A DNA stretch of 24,000 nt from Desulfobulbus sp. (GCA_050252135.1 JBFWLN010000001.1:341721-365720); one strand, 5' to 3'; counted from the first letter of the stretch, positions 1 to 8,454 are shown. Notes: generated by a model not told the origin, from the sequence alone. Numbers and translations: made by a program.

Positions 1-238
1 CGATATAGACGAGCCTGACTGTCAACCTGAACCGAGCCTGTTCAAAACTGCTAGAAGCGTGGGGAAAAGGCGGGTCAACTACAACAAAAAAAGCCTGACC
101 GAGACTGGGCAGGCAACCGTCATGGAATGTTCAAAACGTGGGTGGAAAGAAACAACGCATAAATAGTGATTGTTTCAATATACTGCACAACCGAGGCAAA
201 GGCAAGCTCTCTACTTAACGGAGGTCAAGCAAAAAACA

Positions 239-1021
239 TTATCTTCCACAGGCCCTAACCAACCGTGGCAAAGTCTGCAGTACATCGCCAGGGAAAAAAT
301 AGTCTTCCCGTCCTGAGGATCGGAGGCCATGGCCATATCCCGGCAGTGCCGATTCCCGGTTAAATTCAAACAGAGAACCGCCCCTCTCGCGCACCAGGGC
401 AGGCAGGGCCGCAGCGGGATAAACTTGGGCCGAGGTGCCGATTACCAAGAGGAGATCGCAGTCGGCCACAAATTCGTGAATGGCGTCCAGATCACGCACC
501 GATTCGCCGAACAAGACCACATTCGGTTTAAGCGGCCTTTGACAGTGTTCGCAAAGCGGCATCTCACCAGCCTGATACCGTGCGGGTTCAAGAAACTGGA
601 GAGTGTCACAATAAATACACTGCAGATGCTGATGATCACCGTGGATTTCAAATACCTGTCGGTTACCGGCCTGCTGGTGCAGGTTATCGATATTTTGGGT
701 GACAATGCCCGCCAGTAGCCCCATGGCTTCCATTTCAGCCAAAGCTTCATGGGCAGGATTGGGTTTCTTGCCAACGAGAACCTTTCCTAAAGCGCGAAAC
801 AGCTGCCAAGCTTTAGCGGGATTGCGGCGAAAGACATCAATGGAGGCATACTCTTCAGGGGAAAACACGCTCCACAACCCACCGGGGCTACGAAAATCAG
901 GAATGCCACTACCCACCGAAATTCCGGCACCGGTGAGAGCCACCACCTTACGTGCACACTGGACAACGGAAGCAGCTACACCCCAGGCGGCCTCATCCCC
1001 TTGACCAATAAGCACCCTCAT
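239..1021 (-). CDS. cobB: NAD+-dependent protein deacylase, Sir2/CobB (sirtuin) family
   Basis: 260-aa ORF with sirtuin signatures: GAGISVGSGIPDFRSPGGLW (NAD loop), TQNIDNLH, catalytic His in FEIHGD, and Zn-ribbon Cys pairs CIYC and CEHC. Its ATG (1019-1021) overlaps the TGA (1021-1023) of the upstream PilZ ORF. Confidence 0.9.
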   Translation of the reverse strand: MRVLIGQGDEAAWGVAASVVQCARKVVALTGAGISVGSGIPDFRSPGGLWSVFSPEEYASIDVFRRNPAKAWQLFRALGKVLVGKKPNPAHEALAEMEAMGLLAGIVTQNIDNLHQQAGNRQVFEIHGDHQHLQCIYCDTLQFLEPARYQAGEMPLCEHCQRPLKPNVVLFGESVRDLDAIHEFVADCDLLLVIGTSAQVYPAAALPALVRERGGSLFEFNRESALPGYGHGLRSSGREDYFFPGDVLQTLPRLVRACGR

Positions 1022-1500
1022 CAGTGGAGCTGAACACTGTTGCTCGTCACCGGCAAGGGCACATCAATGAAGGCTCCACCGATACTGCCCCCATGTTCAT
1101 AATGTCGAACAGTGATGATTCGCTCGATCTCCTGCGTGTCCTCTTCCTGGGGCCGCAAACAGATGACCAGCCGATCATTTGTTTTCACCGGCACATCTTC
1201 ATTGATGCGTAACAAGAGGCCACCACTGGACTGGTTGCCGACAACACAATACCGTGCCCGTCCCTTGGACGTTGAGAGCGCCCGAAAGGTGGCCGGAATA
1301 TGAGTTGCAACCCGGTAGTCATGACGGAACTCGAGGTCGATTGCAAAGATCTCGGAACAAGGGCAATTGACCTTCAGAATATGTTTATGCCCCCGAAGCC
1401 CGGCAACAGAAAAAGTGCCGACTCTCCCGCAGGAATTGCAACGAATAGTCACTGCCTCCTGGTGGTTCACAAAATATTTTTGCCGTTTTGGTGTGCCCAT
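1021..1500 (-). CDS. PilZ-domain c-di-GMP receptor with N-terminal 4-Cys zinc ribbon
   Basis: Start is taken at ATG 1500, with AAGGCGG 6 nt upstream; the longer ORF to 1554 has no RBS. CNSCG...CPCS forms a zinc ribbon. PilZ motifs are RHDYR (RxxxR) and NQSSGG (D/NxSxxG). The stop overlaps the cobB start (ATGA). Confidence 0.75.
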   Translation of the reverse strand: MGTPKRQKYFVNHQEAVTIRCNSCGRVGTFSVAGLRGHKHILKVNCPCSEIFAIDLEFRHDYRVATHIPATFRALSTSKGRARYCVVGNQSSGGLLLRINEDVPVKTNDRLVICLRPQEEDTQEIERIITVRHYEHGGSIGGAFIDVPLPVTSNSVQLH

Positions 1501-1659
1501 AACAAACCGCCTTTTCTTTGAATGAAAGGAAATGCTGGCACCTCGATTCACCATGGATATCTGCCTTTATCATATCCACGGTTACATAAAAATAAGTCTC
1601 TTTTCCAAACGGAGGTATTTTTTTTTGGGCTAGGATGCGAAAATATGTGGCGTCCCTTT

Positions 1660-2538
1660 TCAATGGGTTGCTTTTAGAAAAACCTCCGCATAGGCTCGAC
1701 GGTACGCGGTGATACTGTTGGGATCCAGCCAACGTTCATAGGCTGCCCGATATTGTTTCGTAGGGCGCTGCTCAAGCAACACCTTATTGACGCTTTCAAT
1801 CACACTCTTCCCCCAGGGGGTTTTGGAACAGGCAACGCAACTCATCCAGCCGTCAAAGTTATGGAGATTCTCCGACAGGGTGAGCGTGATGAACTGATCG
1901 CGGATGCCCATCTGCTCCGCCTGGTACAAGGCCTCTTCAGGCAGGCCGATGAGCCCGTCAAGCCTTCCGAGCAGGAGCATCTTAAAAAGATTCAGCGAAA
2001 GCTCCTGTCCGGTGAACTCGACCAGATTTATCTGGCCCTGGTGCCGTTTGAACACCTCATCCAAGGTATTGCCGTAGGAGCGGTCCTTAGCCAGCCCGAT
2101 CATCAAGTTGGCGTTTCCGAGAACAGCATCCAGGGAGACAGTGGTCTGGTTGTTATACTTCCCGATATTTTCTTTTTTGATAATGATCACTGGGGGAAGG
2201 GTGATGAAGCTGGGCATGGAAAAATACATAAAATCTTCCCGCTCGGGAGTTTTGTACAGGCCGACGCTGCACACCTGCTCACCCTGCTTGAACATGTAAA
2301 AATGGCGGGTAATGTTGGTATTGATTTCCTCGTGACTATAGGCAGGCAGATGCTCCTGGAGGATATGCGTGATTGCATCGCCATAGCCCTGTTCCTGATT
2401 GGGGCCACTCTGAATGAAAAATGGCGGCAGAACAGCTTCCATCCAAACGAGATGATTTTGTGCCGCAACCCATTGCGGGGCGGCAATCAGGAACAAACCC
2501 AGGCAAAGGACAAACGCGGGCAAGGCAGCTTTGGACAT
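1660..2538 (-). CDS. periplasmic solute-binding-like protein (family-3 SBP / TIGR02285-like), orphan
   Basis: Start at ATG 2538 with GGAGGG 5 nt upstream. Signal peptide MSKAALPAFVLCLGLFLIAAPQWVAA. The body resembles PBPb-type binding proteins from memory. No ABC permease or ATPase gene is nearby. Confidence 0.6.
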   Translation of the reverse strand: MSKAALPAFVLCLGLFLIAAPQWVAAQNHLVWMEAVLPPFFIQSGPNQEQGYGDAITHILQEHLPAYSHEEINTNITRHFYMFKQGEQVCSVGLYKTPEREDFMYFSMPSFITLPPVIIIKKENIGKYNNQTTVSLDAVLGNANLMIGLAKDRSYGNTLDEVFKRHQGQINLVEFTGQELSLNLFKMLLLGRLDGLIGLPEEALYQAEQMGIRDQFITLTLSENLHNFDGWMSCVACSKTPWGKSVIESVNKVLLEQRPTKQYRAAYERWLDPNSITAYRRAYAEVFLKATH

Positions 2539-2741
2539 CTTTTCCCTCCGGTAAGGCAGTGAATCGGGTTGGCCAATCGACACACGTCAAGATATGGAAC
2601 TTTTCCAGTCAACGGTATCGAATACTGTTCCTGTACCGAATGCACAAAGCGACTGTCAAGATAGATTTAGTAATTGCAGAATCTTGGTCTGCCAAGGCGT
2701 TCGAGAAAATCTGGTCTGTGATAAAGGATATTCAACAAGCC

Positions 2742-3905
2742 CTACAAAACTTCATTTCGGGTGGAAAGACCTTGCTCATGGAACGTCTCTTGTTGGACAA
2801 CCGACAATTGGTGATCAAGGGTCCCACGATTAAAAAAGAGGCGAATCAAAAGACCAGTATAGGCAATCACGGCCAATACGGCAAAGGCCGGGATAAAGTA
2901 GCCCAAGGGGCAGAGAATAAGCACAGTTAACCAATGGAGCAGGATCACCGGGCGTGAATGGAGCTTAAGCGGAAAATCTCCGTGACGGCTGATGACGGCC
3001 AACCCACTCAGATTCCATCCATACAGAGCGGTGAAGGCATGCAAGCGCAAAAGGGGCACACTATGTTCCGGGGTGTAATAGCTGGAAAAAGAGAGCAGGA
3101 TATAGGCAATACCGGTGATGGAAGTAACAAGAAGGAAAAGGATTCCGGAAGAGAGAAAGGCTTTCTGCTGCAGCGGTATGCCCTCATACCAGTAGAGGTA
3201 AAAAATGAGCGCCACGGTGAAAAACAAAATAAGGGAGATAGCAACCTGGGAGCTGAACATCCCCGCGAGGATAAAAATAAAAAAGATGATCACCCCTAAG
3301 TTGATGATCCAGAAGGCAGCCTCCTTCAACAGCGAAGTCAGCCGCAGGGACTCTTGCTTCATCAGGCTGAAGATGACCGACATCGAAATGAGAGAAAGAG
3401 GAAAGGAAAAACCGAGAAAAAAGGTATCAAGCTTCAACTTCTCAATGGTAAACCACTGCAGATAGACCGAATTGAGAATGACCGGGCTGGAAAAACACAA
3501 TCCGAGGGTCAGACAGAGGAGAGCCGCCTGATGAAATTTGCGCGGGACCGATTCCTGGAGCGAGAAAAGTCCACGGGGAAAGCGGCTGCCGAAATGATCG
3601 ATTCGCACCTGATTCACCAGATGGGCCAGTCCAAGGGGGAGCAGCATCGCCGGAATGTACCATTCAAAAAAAGCCGAAAAGGCAAAGGCCAGGGCTAAAA
3701 CGACAAACAACTGCCCGCGGCGAGAAAGTTCTGCCTGCTCTTCAGTGAAATAAATCAGCAGGGTACCGCCGCTGCAAAGATTGAACAGGAATATATGCAG
3801 CCGCTCGAAGTTATGGACCGATGGCGGAATAAGGTGATGGAGGAAGCCGCAGGCCAGGGCAGTGGTCATCATGACCAGCAACAGGGTTTTCAGTTTCCAA
3901 CTCAC
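2742..3905 (-). CDS. polytopic integral membrane protein, unknown family
   Basis: 387-aa ORF with a GTG start. It is hydrophobic throughout, with roughly 10-12 predicted helices, and has conserved-looking His residues (HHLIPPSVHNFERLH, RLHAFTALYGW, HWLTVL). I recognise no family. Confidence 0.6.
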   Translation of the reverse strand: MSWKLKTLLLVMMTTALACGFLHHLIPPSVHNFERLHIFLFNLCSGGTLLIYFTEEQAELSRRGQLFVVLALAFAFSAFFEWYIPAMLLPLGLAHLVNQVRIDHFGSRFPRGLFSLQESVPRKFHQAALLCLTLGLCFSSPVILNSVYLQWFTIEKLKLDTFFLGFSFPLSLISMSVIFSLMKQESLRLTSLLKEAAFWIINLGVIIFFIFILAGMFSSQVAISLILFFTVALIFYLYWYEGIPLQQKAFLSSGILFLLVTSITGIAYILLSFSSYYTPEHSVPLLRLHAFTALYGWNLSGLAVISRHGDFPLKLHSRPVILLHWLTVLILCPLGYFIPAFAVLAVIAYTGLLIRLFFNRGTLDHQLSVVQQETFHEQGLSTRNEVL

Positions 3906-3938
3906 GGATACGATACTCCAGGGGATGGGGCGGGAGGA

Positions 3939-5315
3939 TTACAATCGACCAAGCAATTGACGCAAGGCCGGTTCCAGGGAAGCCTGGCGGAAGAGATAAC
4001 CGGACTGTTGCAGTTTATCGGTGGAGACCCGGCAGCCACCGAGAAGGACCTCGGAGGCCATCTGCCCGTAGATGGTTTTCAACAAGCCGGCAGGCACTGC
4101 GGGTAAAAGTGGCCGATGCACAACCCGGGCCAGGGCCCGCATCAAATCGCCATTGGTCACCGGCTCGGGCGCGGCAATGTTCACCGGCCCTTCCAGTTGC
4201 TCACAATCGAGGGTATGCAGAATGGCACCCACCATATCGTTGATGCCTATCCAGCTGATGTATTGATCGCCGTCACCAAAGCTGCGGGAAAAGCCGATTG
4301 CCGAGGTCGAAAGCAACCGTTGCAGTGCACCACCCTGTGGACTCAGAACCACACCGATACGCATGAACACGGTCCGGATACCAGCCTCTTCGGCCGGACG
4401 GGCGGAATGTTCCCACAAAGCGCAGACATCGGAAATGAAATCGTCCCCGGCACGATCCTCTTCGCGCATACAGCAGTCAAGGCAGTTGCCGTAAAAACCA
4501 ACCGCCGAGGCGCTGAGAAAGACCTTGGGTTTGACGGTTTGGGCAGCAAGGGTTTGGGCGATGAGCCCGGTGCCCTGCACCCGACTATCGATCACCCGTT
4601 TTTTTTTCTCCCGGGTCCAACGACCTTCGCCGATATTATCGCCGGCCAGATGAATGACCGCATCAAAAGGCGGCAGACCGGCCAGGTTGAGCTGTTTCTC
4701 TGCAGGGTTCCAGTAGATTTCCCTGCAGGCGCGATCCGGCGATCGGCGCACCAGGGTCCAGACTTCATGGCCGCCGGTGGTCAAGAGCGGTCGCAGTGCG
4801 GAACCAAGCACACCACTGGCACCGGTGATCAGAATCCGGAGTGGTGTGGTGCTGCTCCGCTGGTGGAGGCGGATATCGTCTGCCAGGGTCGCATGCCGGT
4901 AGCGAAACACCCGATCCAGGGTCTTTTCCACCTGCTTCCCTGCGAATCCGGGCAAAAGCGGTTGCCCCGGCAAGGTGTAGTCGATCTCGTCTTCCAAAAG
5001 CGCCCCATCCGGGGTGTCTGAAAAACGATGGGTGTGGGTCCAGGAGGCAAAGGGGCCGCGCTCCTGAATATCGCGAAACATCACACCCGGCACATTTTCA
5101 ACATGACGCGCTTGCCAGAGGTAGGGGATGGGACCGGCGTGCAGTTTGAGCACAACCTGTCCGCCCGGATCTATCGAGCCGATCCGTTTGACAACCCGGG
5201 TATTTTCCCAAGGAGGGACCAGTCGCTCCAGTGCCCCCGGCCGACTGTGCCAGTCATAAAGTTCTTGGGCGGTACAGGAAAAATGCGAGGCAAAACGGAA
5301 ATGTCCTCCTGTCAC
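3939..5315 (-). CDS. SRPBCC (START/cyclase-like) domain fused to TIGR01777/YfcH-type SDR epimerase-family domain with DUF1731-like C-terminus
   Basis: 458 aa. The N-terminal 150 aa have an SRPBCC-like pattern (FRFASHF...ELYDWHSRPGALERLVPPWE). They are followed by ILITGASGVLGSAL (Rossmann GxxGxxG) and a YfcH-like C-terminus. GTG start at 5315 overlaps the upstream stop (GTGA). Confidence 0.75.
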   Translation of the reverse strand: MTGGHFRFASHFSCTAQELYDWHSRPGALERLVPPWENTRVVKRIGSIDPGGQVVLKLHAGPIPYLWQARHVENVPGVMFRDIQERGPFASWTHTHRFSDTPDGALLEDEIDYTLPGQPLLPGFAGKQVEKTLDRVFRYRHATLADDIRLHQRSSTTPLRILITGASGVLGSALRPLLTTGGHEVWTLVRRSPDRACREIYWNPAEKQLNLAGLPPFDAVIHLAGDNIGEGRWTREKKKRVIDSRVQGTGLIAQTLAAQTVKPKVFLSASAVGFYGNCLDCCMREEDRAGDDFISDVCALWEHSARPAEEAGIRTVFMRIGVVLSPQGGALQRLLSTSAIGFSRSFGDGDQYISWIGINDMVGAILHTLDCEQLEGPVNIAAPEPVTNGDLMRALARVVHRPLLPAVPAGLLKTIYGQMASEVLLGGCRVSTDKLQQSGYLFRQASLEPALRQLLGRL

Positions 5316-6223
5316 CGCCCCCCCTCCCGAACAAGGTCTTTCAATGCCACTCTCAAATCAGGATAGGTAAAGAGATACCCGCTCTCGGTCAGCGCCCGGG
5401 GCAAAACCTTCTGGCCCTGGAGAAGCGAGCGGCCAAACTCTCCCAAAATCGTTTTCATGATAAAGGCAGGGGTAGGCAGGAACGCCGGTCGATGATAGGC
5501 TGTACCCAACTCCCGCGCAAACGTTTTCTGCCGCACCGGCTGGGGAGCGGTAAAGTTGAACGGTCCCCGGCACTCCTCGGCGCTCAGTAAAAAAACAATG
5601 GCACTCACCAAATCTTCCAGGTGGATCCAAGGGAACCATTGCTTGCCGTTGCCGATCGGTCCACCCAAACCAAGTCGAAACGGTAATTTCATCGTGGCCA
5701 GGGCGCCTCCGCCCTTGCCCAGAACAACGCCAAAACGCATCAACACCACCCGAGCCCCTTTCTCGCCGGCCTTTTGCGCCTCAGCCTCCCAGTCGCTGCA
5801 GACCTGGGCGAGGAAATCCTCACCAGCAGCGTTGGTCTCGGTCTTTTCTTCCTCGCCACCATCACCGTAATAGCCAGCAGCCGATGTGCTCAGCAACACC
5901 GCTTCGGTCTCGGCCGGTAAGGCGGCAACCAAATGACGGGTGGTGAGAATGCGGCTGTCGTAAATCGCTTTTTTGTAATTCTCGGTCCAGAGATTGAAAA
6001 CCGAGCGGCCGGTGAGATTAATTAAGGCCTCTTGTTCCGGCACATGATGCTGCCAGTCACCCGGACGGGTGGTATCCGCAGCAACATAGGTGAGGTGGTC
6101 ATGGGCCGGGAGGCGGCACTGGCGACTACTGCCAATAACCGTCACCTCATGTCCCATCTCCAACAGACGTCTGCTCACTGCTCCGCCGACAAAACCGGTT
6201 CCTCCGGTGATCAATATCTTCAT
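5312..6223 (-). CDS. TIGR01777/YfcH-family SDR (epimerase family protein, SDR39U1-like)
   Basis: 303 aa with MKILITGGTGFVGGAV Rossmann motif, WFPWIHLEDLV, and a DUF1731-like C-terminus. AGGAGG lies 5 nt upstream of ATG 6223. It is a paralogue of the C-terminal part of the downstream gene. Confidence 0.8.
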   Translation of the reverse strand: MKILITGGTGFVGGAVSRRLLEMGHEVTVIGSSRQCRLPAHDHLTYVAADTTRPGDWQHHVPEQEALINLTGRSVFNLWTENYKKAIYDSRILTTRHLVAALPAETEAVLLSTSAAGYYGDGGEEEKTETNAAGEDFLAQVCSDWEAEAQKAGEKGARVVLMRFGVVLGKGGGALATMKLPFRLGLGGPIGNGKQWFPWIHLEDLVSAIVFLLSAEECRGPFNFTAPQPVRQKTFARELGTAYHRPAFLPTPAFIMKTILGEFGRSLLQGQKVLPRALTESGYLFTYPDLRVALKDLVREGGR

Positions 6224-6339
6224 AGGGTCCTCCTGTAAGGAAAGGCTCCAGAATAAAAAATCAGCCTTATGTATTTATTCAATAAACATTCTGAATCGGG
6301 AGGCAAAGAAAAAGGGCGGCAGCGGGTTGACCGTCGCTC

Positions 6340-7113
6340 CTATTTCACAAAAAACAACCCGATCTCGATGGCGATCAGGATGATGATGATCCACTCGAGC
6401 ATGCTCGAATGACTGTGTTTCTGTTCATCGGCCATCATCTCCAACAACTCCTGGATGACCTCCAAACGACTTTTCAGCACCGTGGCCCGGGGGGCTATCT
6501 CCAGATAGCGGGCGAGTGCGAGGTAATAATGCTCAAGCTCTGGATATTCCCAGATAAATTCAGGAGTATCCAACAAGTTATATTGCAAGATGATGTGTGA
6601 TTTTTCCAGGTAAACCCGTCCCCGTTCCTGGGCCAGCTTAGTCCGCGACAGGGCAATGGTTCCCTTCTTCGCCAGGGTCTCGGGGATATATTTGGTTTTC
6701 TTAATTGTCTCCTCGATTGAGGATTCAAAAAAAGCCAACTTGGTGGACTGAGCCAGAGCATGGCTCAAGGAGAGACAGGTCAACTCGGACAGATCATCCA
6801 CATCGATCAAGTCGTTGCGAATTTTTACCCCTTTACTGGGACTCAGTTGATAGGCCAGATCCTCCTCGACAAAGGATTCCCGTGGATTAATCGCATATTT
6901 GAGCACTTGATCGATCAACCGCTTTTCCGATTCATAGTCGTACTCAAAGAAGACGCAAACCCCGTAATCAAAAAGGAAGGCCCGTACGCCCTCGTCTGGA
7001 TTGAGGGAAATGACATTACGGATGCGAGCGGCGTGTGTCTGCCGGGAAAGATGCTCATAGAGGGCACTGAATTGAAAACGTTCAGCAATGCAGAGGGCGC
7101 GAATGGTACTCAT
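6340..7113 (-). CDS. DUF155 / RMD1 (YagE, COG1723) family protein
   Basis: 257 aa. FLFDYGVCVFFEYDY core and a single C-terminal TM helix (WIIIILIAIEIGLFFVK), both typical of the family as I recall it. Confidence 0.65.
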   Translation of the reverse strand: MSTIRALCIAERFQFSALYEHLSRQTHAARIRNVISLNPDEGVRAFLFDYGVCVFFEYDYESEKRLIDQVLKYAINPRESFVEEDLAYQLSPSKGVKIRNDLIDVDDLSELTCLSLSHALAQSTKLAFFESSIEETIKKTKYIPETLAKKGTIALSRTKLAQERGRVYLEKSHIILQYNLLDTPEFIWEYPELEHYYLALARYLEIAPRATVLKSRLEVIQELLEMMADEQKHSHSSMLEWIIIILIAIEIGLFFVK

Positions 7114-7155
7114 GGTTGATTCCGTTCAGGAATAAAAGGCTGGATGAGAAACGCT

Positions 7156-7593
7156 CTACTCCGTGCCGTTGGCACCGACCTTGCTTTCCTTGCGCAGTTC
7201 CGGGTAGTACTTTTCGATACAATCGGGGCAGATGCCGTGGGTGAATTCATCCTTGGCGCGATCTTGGATGATCTGCTTGATATCCTCCCAAAATTCGGGG
7301 TCAAGACGTATCTTCTTACAGGAGGCGCATACCGGCAGGATGCTTTCTAAATAACTTACCCGGGTCAGCAACCGGTAGGTATGGTGAATAATGAAGGCAC
7401 CGACAATGGCAATAATGATGCTCTCAAAGATGGATTCCCGCCAATTGATCGGGGTGGCGGGACCACCCAAAAGAACATGGGGGATATCAAGCACCTCGTC
7501 AAACCAGGAGAGGGCGATCACAAACAAAATGGCGCTGCCCTCATACCAGGCGACCTTTTTGGCAATCAGATTGTTCGTCTCAGAAGGGGCCAT
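7156..7593 (-). CDS. small two-TM membrane protein with C-terminal CxxCKKIR...HGICPDC cysteine module
   Basis: 145 aa with TGAGGA RBS upstream of ATG 7593. Two hydrophobic helices are followed by LPVCASCKKIRLDPEFWEDIKQIIQDRAKDEFTHGICPDCIEKYYPE. It lies 42 nt upstream of the DUF155 gene. Confidence 0.7.
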   Translation of the reverse strand: MAPSETNNLIAKKVAWYEGSAILFVIALSWFDEVLDIPHVLLGGPATPINWRESIFESIIIAIVGAFIIHHTYRLLTRVSYLESILPVCASCKKIRLDPEFWEDIKQIIQDRAKDEFTHGICPDCIEKYYPELRKESKVGANGTE

Positions 7594-7655
7594 GGCAACA
7601 TCCTCAGTTCAAACAAGCACTTGGGGTCATTCCCTGGAACAGCCGGGGCAATGTT

Positions 7656-7687
7656 TGTGATTCTCGCAACATGCAGCGAAAATCACA
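7656..7687. repeat. imperfect 12-bp-arm inverted repeat TGTGATTCTCGC-N8-GCGAAAATCACA
   Basis: 11 of 12 arm positions are complementary. It lies 63-94 nt upstream of the start codon at 7593, so it could be an operator or a 5' UTR hairpin. Confidence 0.5.
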
Positions 7688-8072
7688 ATATTTGATTGAG
7701 CGGTCTCCAAAGCGATAACGCACTCAAAAAAAGCGTGGTCATCGTTGGCAACGTGCATCTATCATAGCCGCATTTCCTAAGAATGCACGGGAATTACACA
7801 GATTTTCCCCAAAAGTCCCAACCGAGAATCAGGGGGATCAGCCCCTTACAGCCCTTCTTCGTCCACAGACAGAGCCGATGAGCTTTCAGGTTTCTCAGTG
7901 AAGATGGCTAAGTTAAAAAAACAGGCATACATAAGGTATATCGAGTGTCGTGAAAAGCGCTCCGACGCAGTAGATCGAAGTTTTTACGACGACATCAAAG
8001 ATGACACCAGCGCGGTAATAAGTTCAAGTTTGTGAGCTACGGGGTATATGGGCAAAGGTTGCCTTTGATCTT

Positions 8073-8318
8073 TTACTGAAAATCGACATGACCGATAACG
8101 ATTCGAGGCTCATCCAACCCAATCACCTCCGGTTCGATCCGCAGCAGCTCGTCAATGTTCCAGACGCCGTTTCGCGCAAGCAGGGCCAGGGCCTCTTCCT
8201 TGGTGTTTGCAAGGACGGTCACGTCGGCCTGGAGATAATTTTCCTGATGGATATGGGGCTCATCGAGCATGGACCAACTGGAAAAGCGCTTACTGTGACG
8301 CCAAACAAAGAGCTGCAT
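8073..8318 (-). CDS. hypothetical small protein (81 aa)
   Basis: ORF with GGGAGA RBS 6 nt upstream of ATG 8318. No recognisable motif. Confidence 0.5.
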   Translation of the reverse strand: MQLFVWRHSKRFSSWSMLDEPHIHQENYLQADVTVLANTKEEALALLARNGVWNIDELLRIEPEVIGLDEPRIVIGHVDFQ

Positions 8319-8426
8319 GATCGTTCTCCCGGGTTTGATGAGCTACGGAACAGGTGGATAAATCTACCCCGTTGAATCCAACGGTGCAAACCCAAGCTCT
8401 GGATTGCCAGGGGAAAGTGTTCAGCA

Positions 8427-8454
8427 TTGACCTTTTTGATTGATGGTTTATAAC
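8427..8454 (+). promoter_or_regulatory. candidate sigma70-type promoter for panE-panB
   Basis: TTGACC (8427-8432), 16-nt spacer, TATAAC (8449-8454), about 80 nt upstream of the panE ATG. Confidence 0.35.

Noticed and set aside
2-166. Open frame running off the left edge (…KRRVNYNKKSLTETGQATVMECSKRGWKETTHK, stop TAG 164-166)
   Set aside because: It spans only 54 codons, has no recognisable motif, and has roughly a 7 percent chance of being open at random. It may be the 3' end of a plus-strand gene, but I cannot support that.
239-1021. Sir2-domain protein as an antiphage NADase effector (Thoeris/DSR/SIR2-HerA-like)
   Set aside because: It keeps the full deacylase signature, including the Zn-ribbon cysteines and catalytic His. 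It has typical CobB length and carries no SLOG, TIR, HerA, pAgo or other defence partner nearby.
1554-1578. Inverted repeat TGGATAT-N11-ATATCCA upstream of the PilZ gene
   Set aside because: The arms are only 7 bp. It lies inside the alternative N-terminal extension of the ORF and is too weak to call as an operator.
2680-2718. Direct repeat AATCTTGGTCTG / AATCTGGTCTG upstream of the binding-protein gene
   Set aside because: It is real in the sequence but short (11-12 nt with an indel), which is about chance level for nearby repeats in a 24-kb window. There is no supporting context.
6305-6337. Possible terminator after the DUF155 gene (GCGACGG-UCAAC-CCGCUGC then CGCCCUUUUUCUUUG on the minus strand)
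   Set aside because: The stem has a mismatch and a wobble pair, and the U tract is offset by 4 nt. It is too weak to list as a feature.
7746-7761. Sigma-54-like TGGCA motifs (7746, 21045, and minus strand near 8400-8415)
   Set aside because: GG-to-GC spacing is wrong or the TTGC element is absent in every case.
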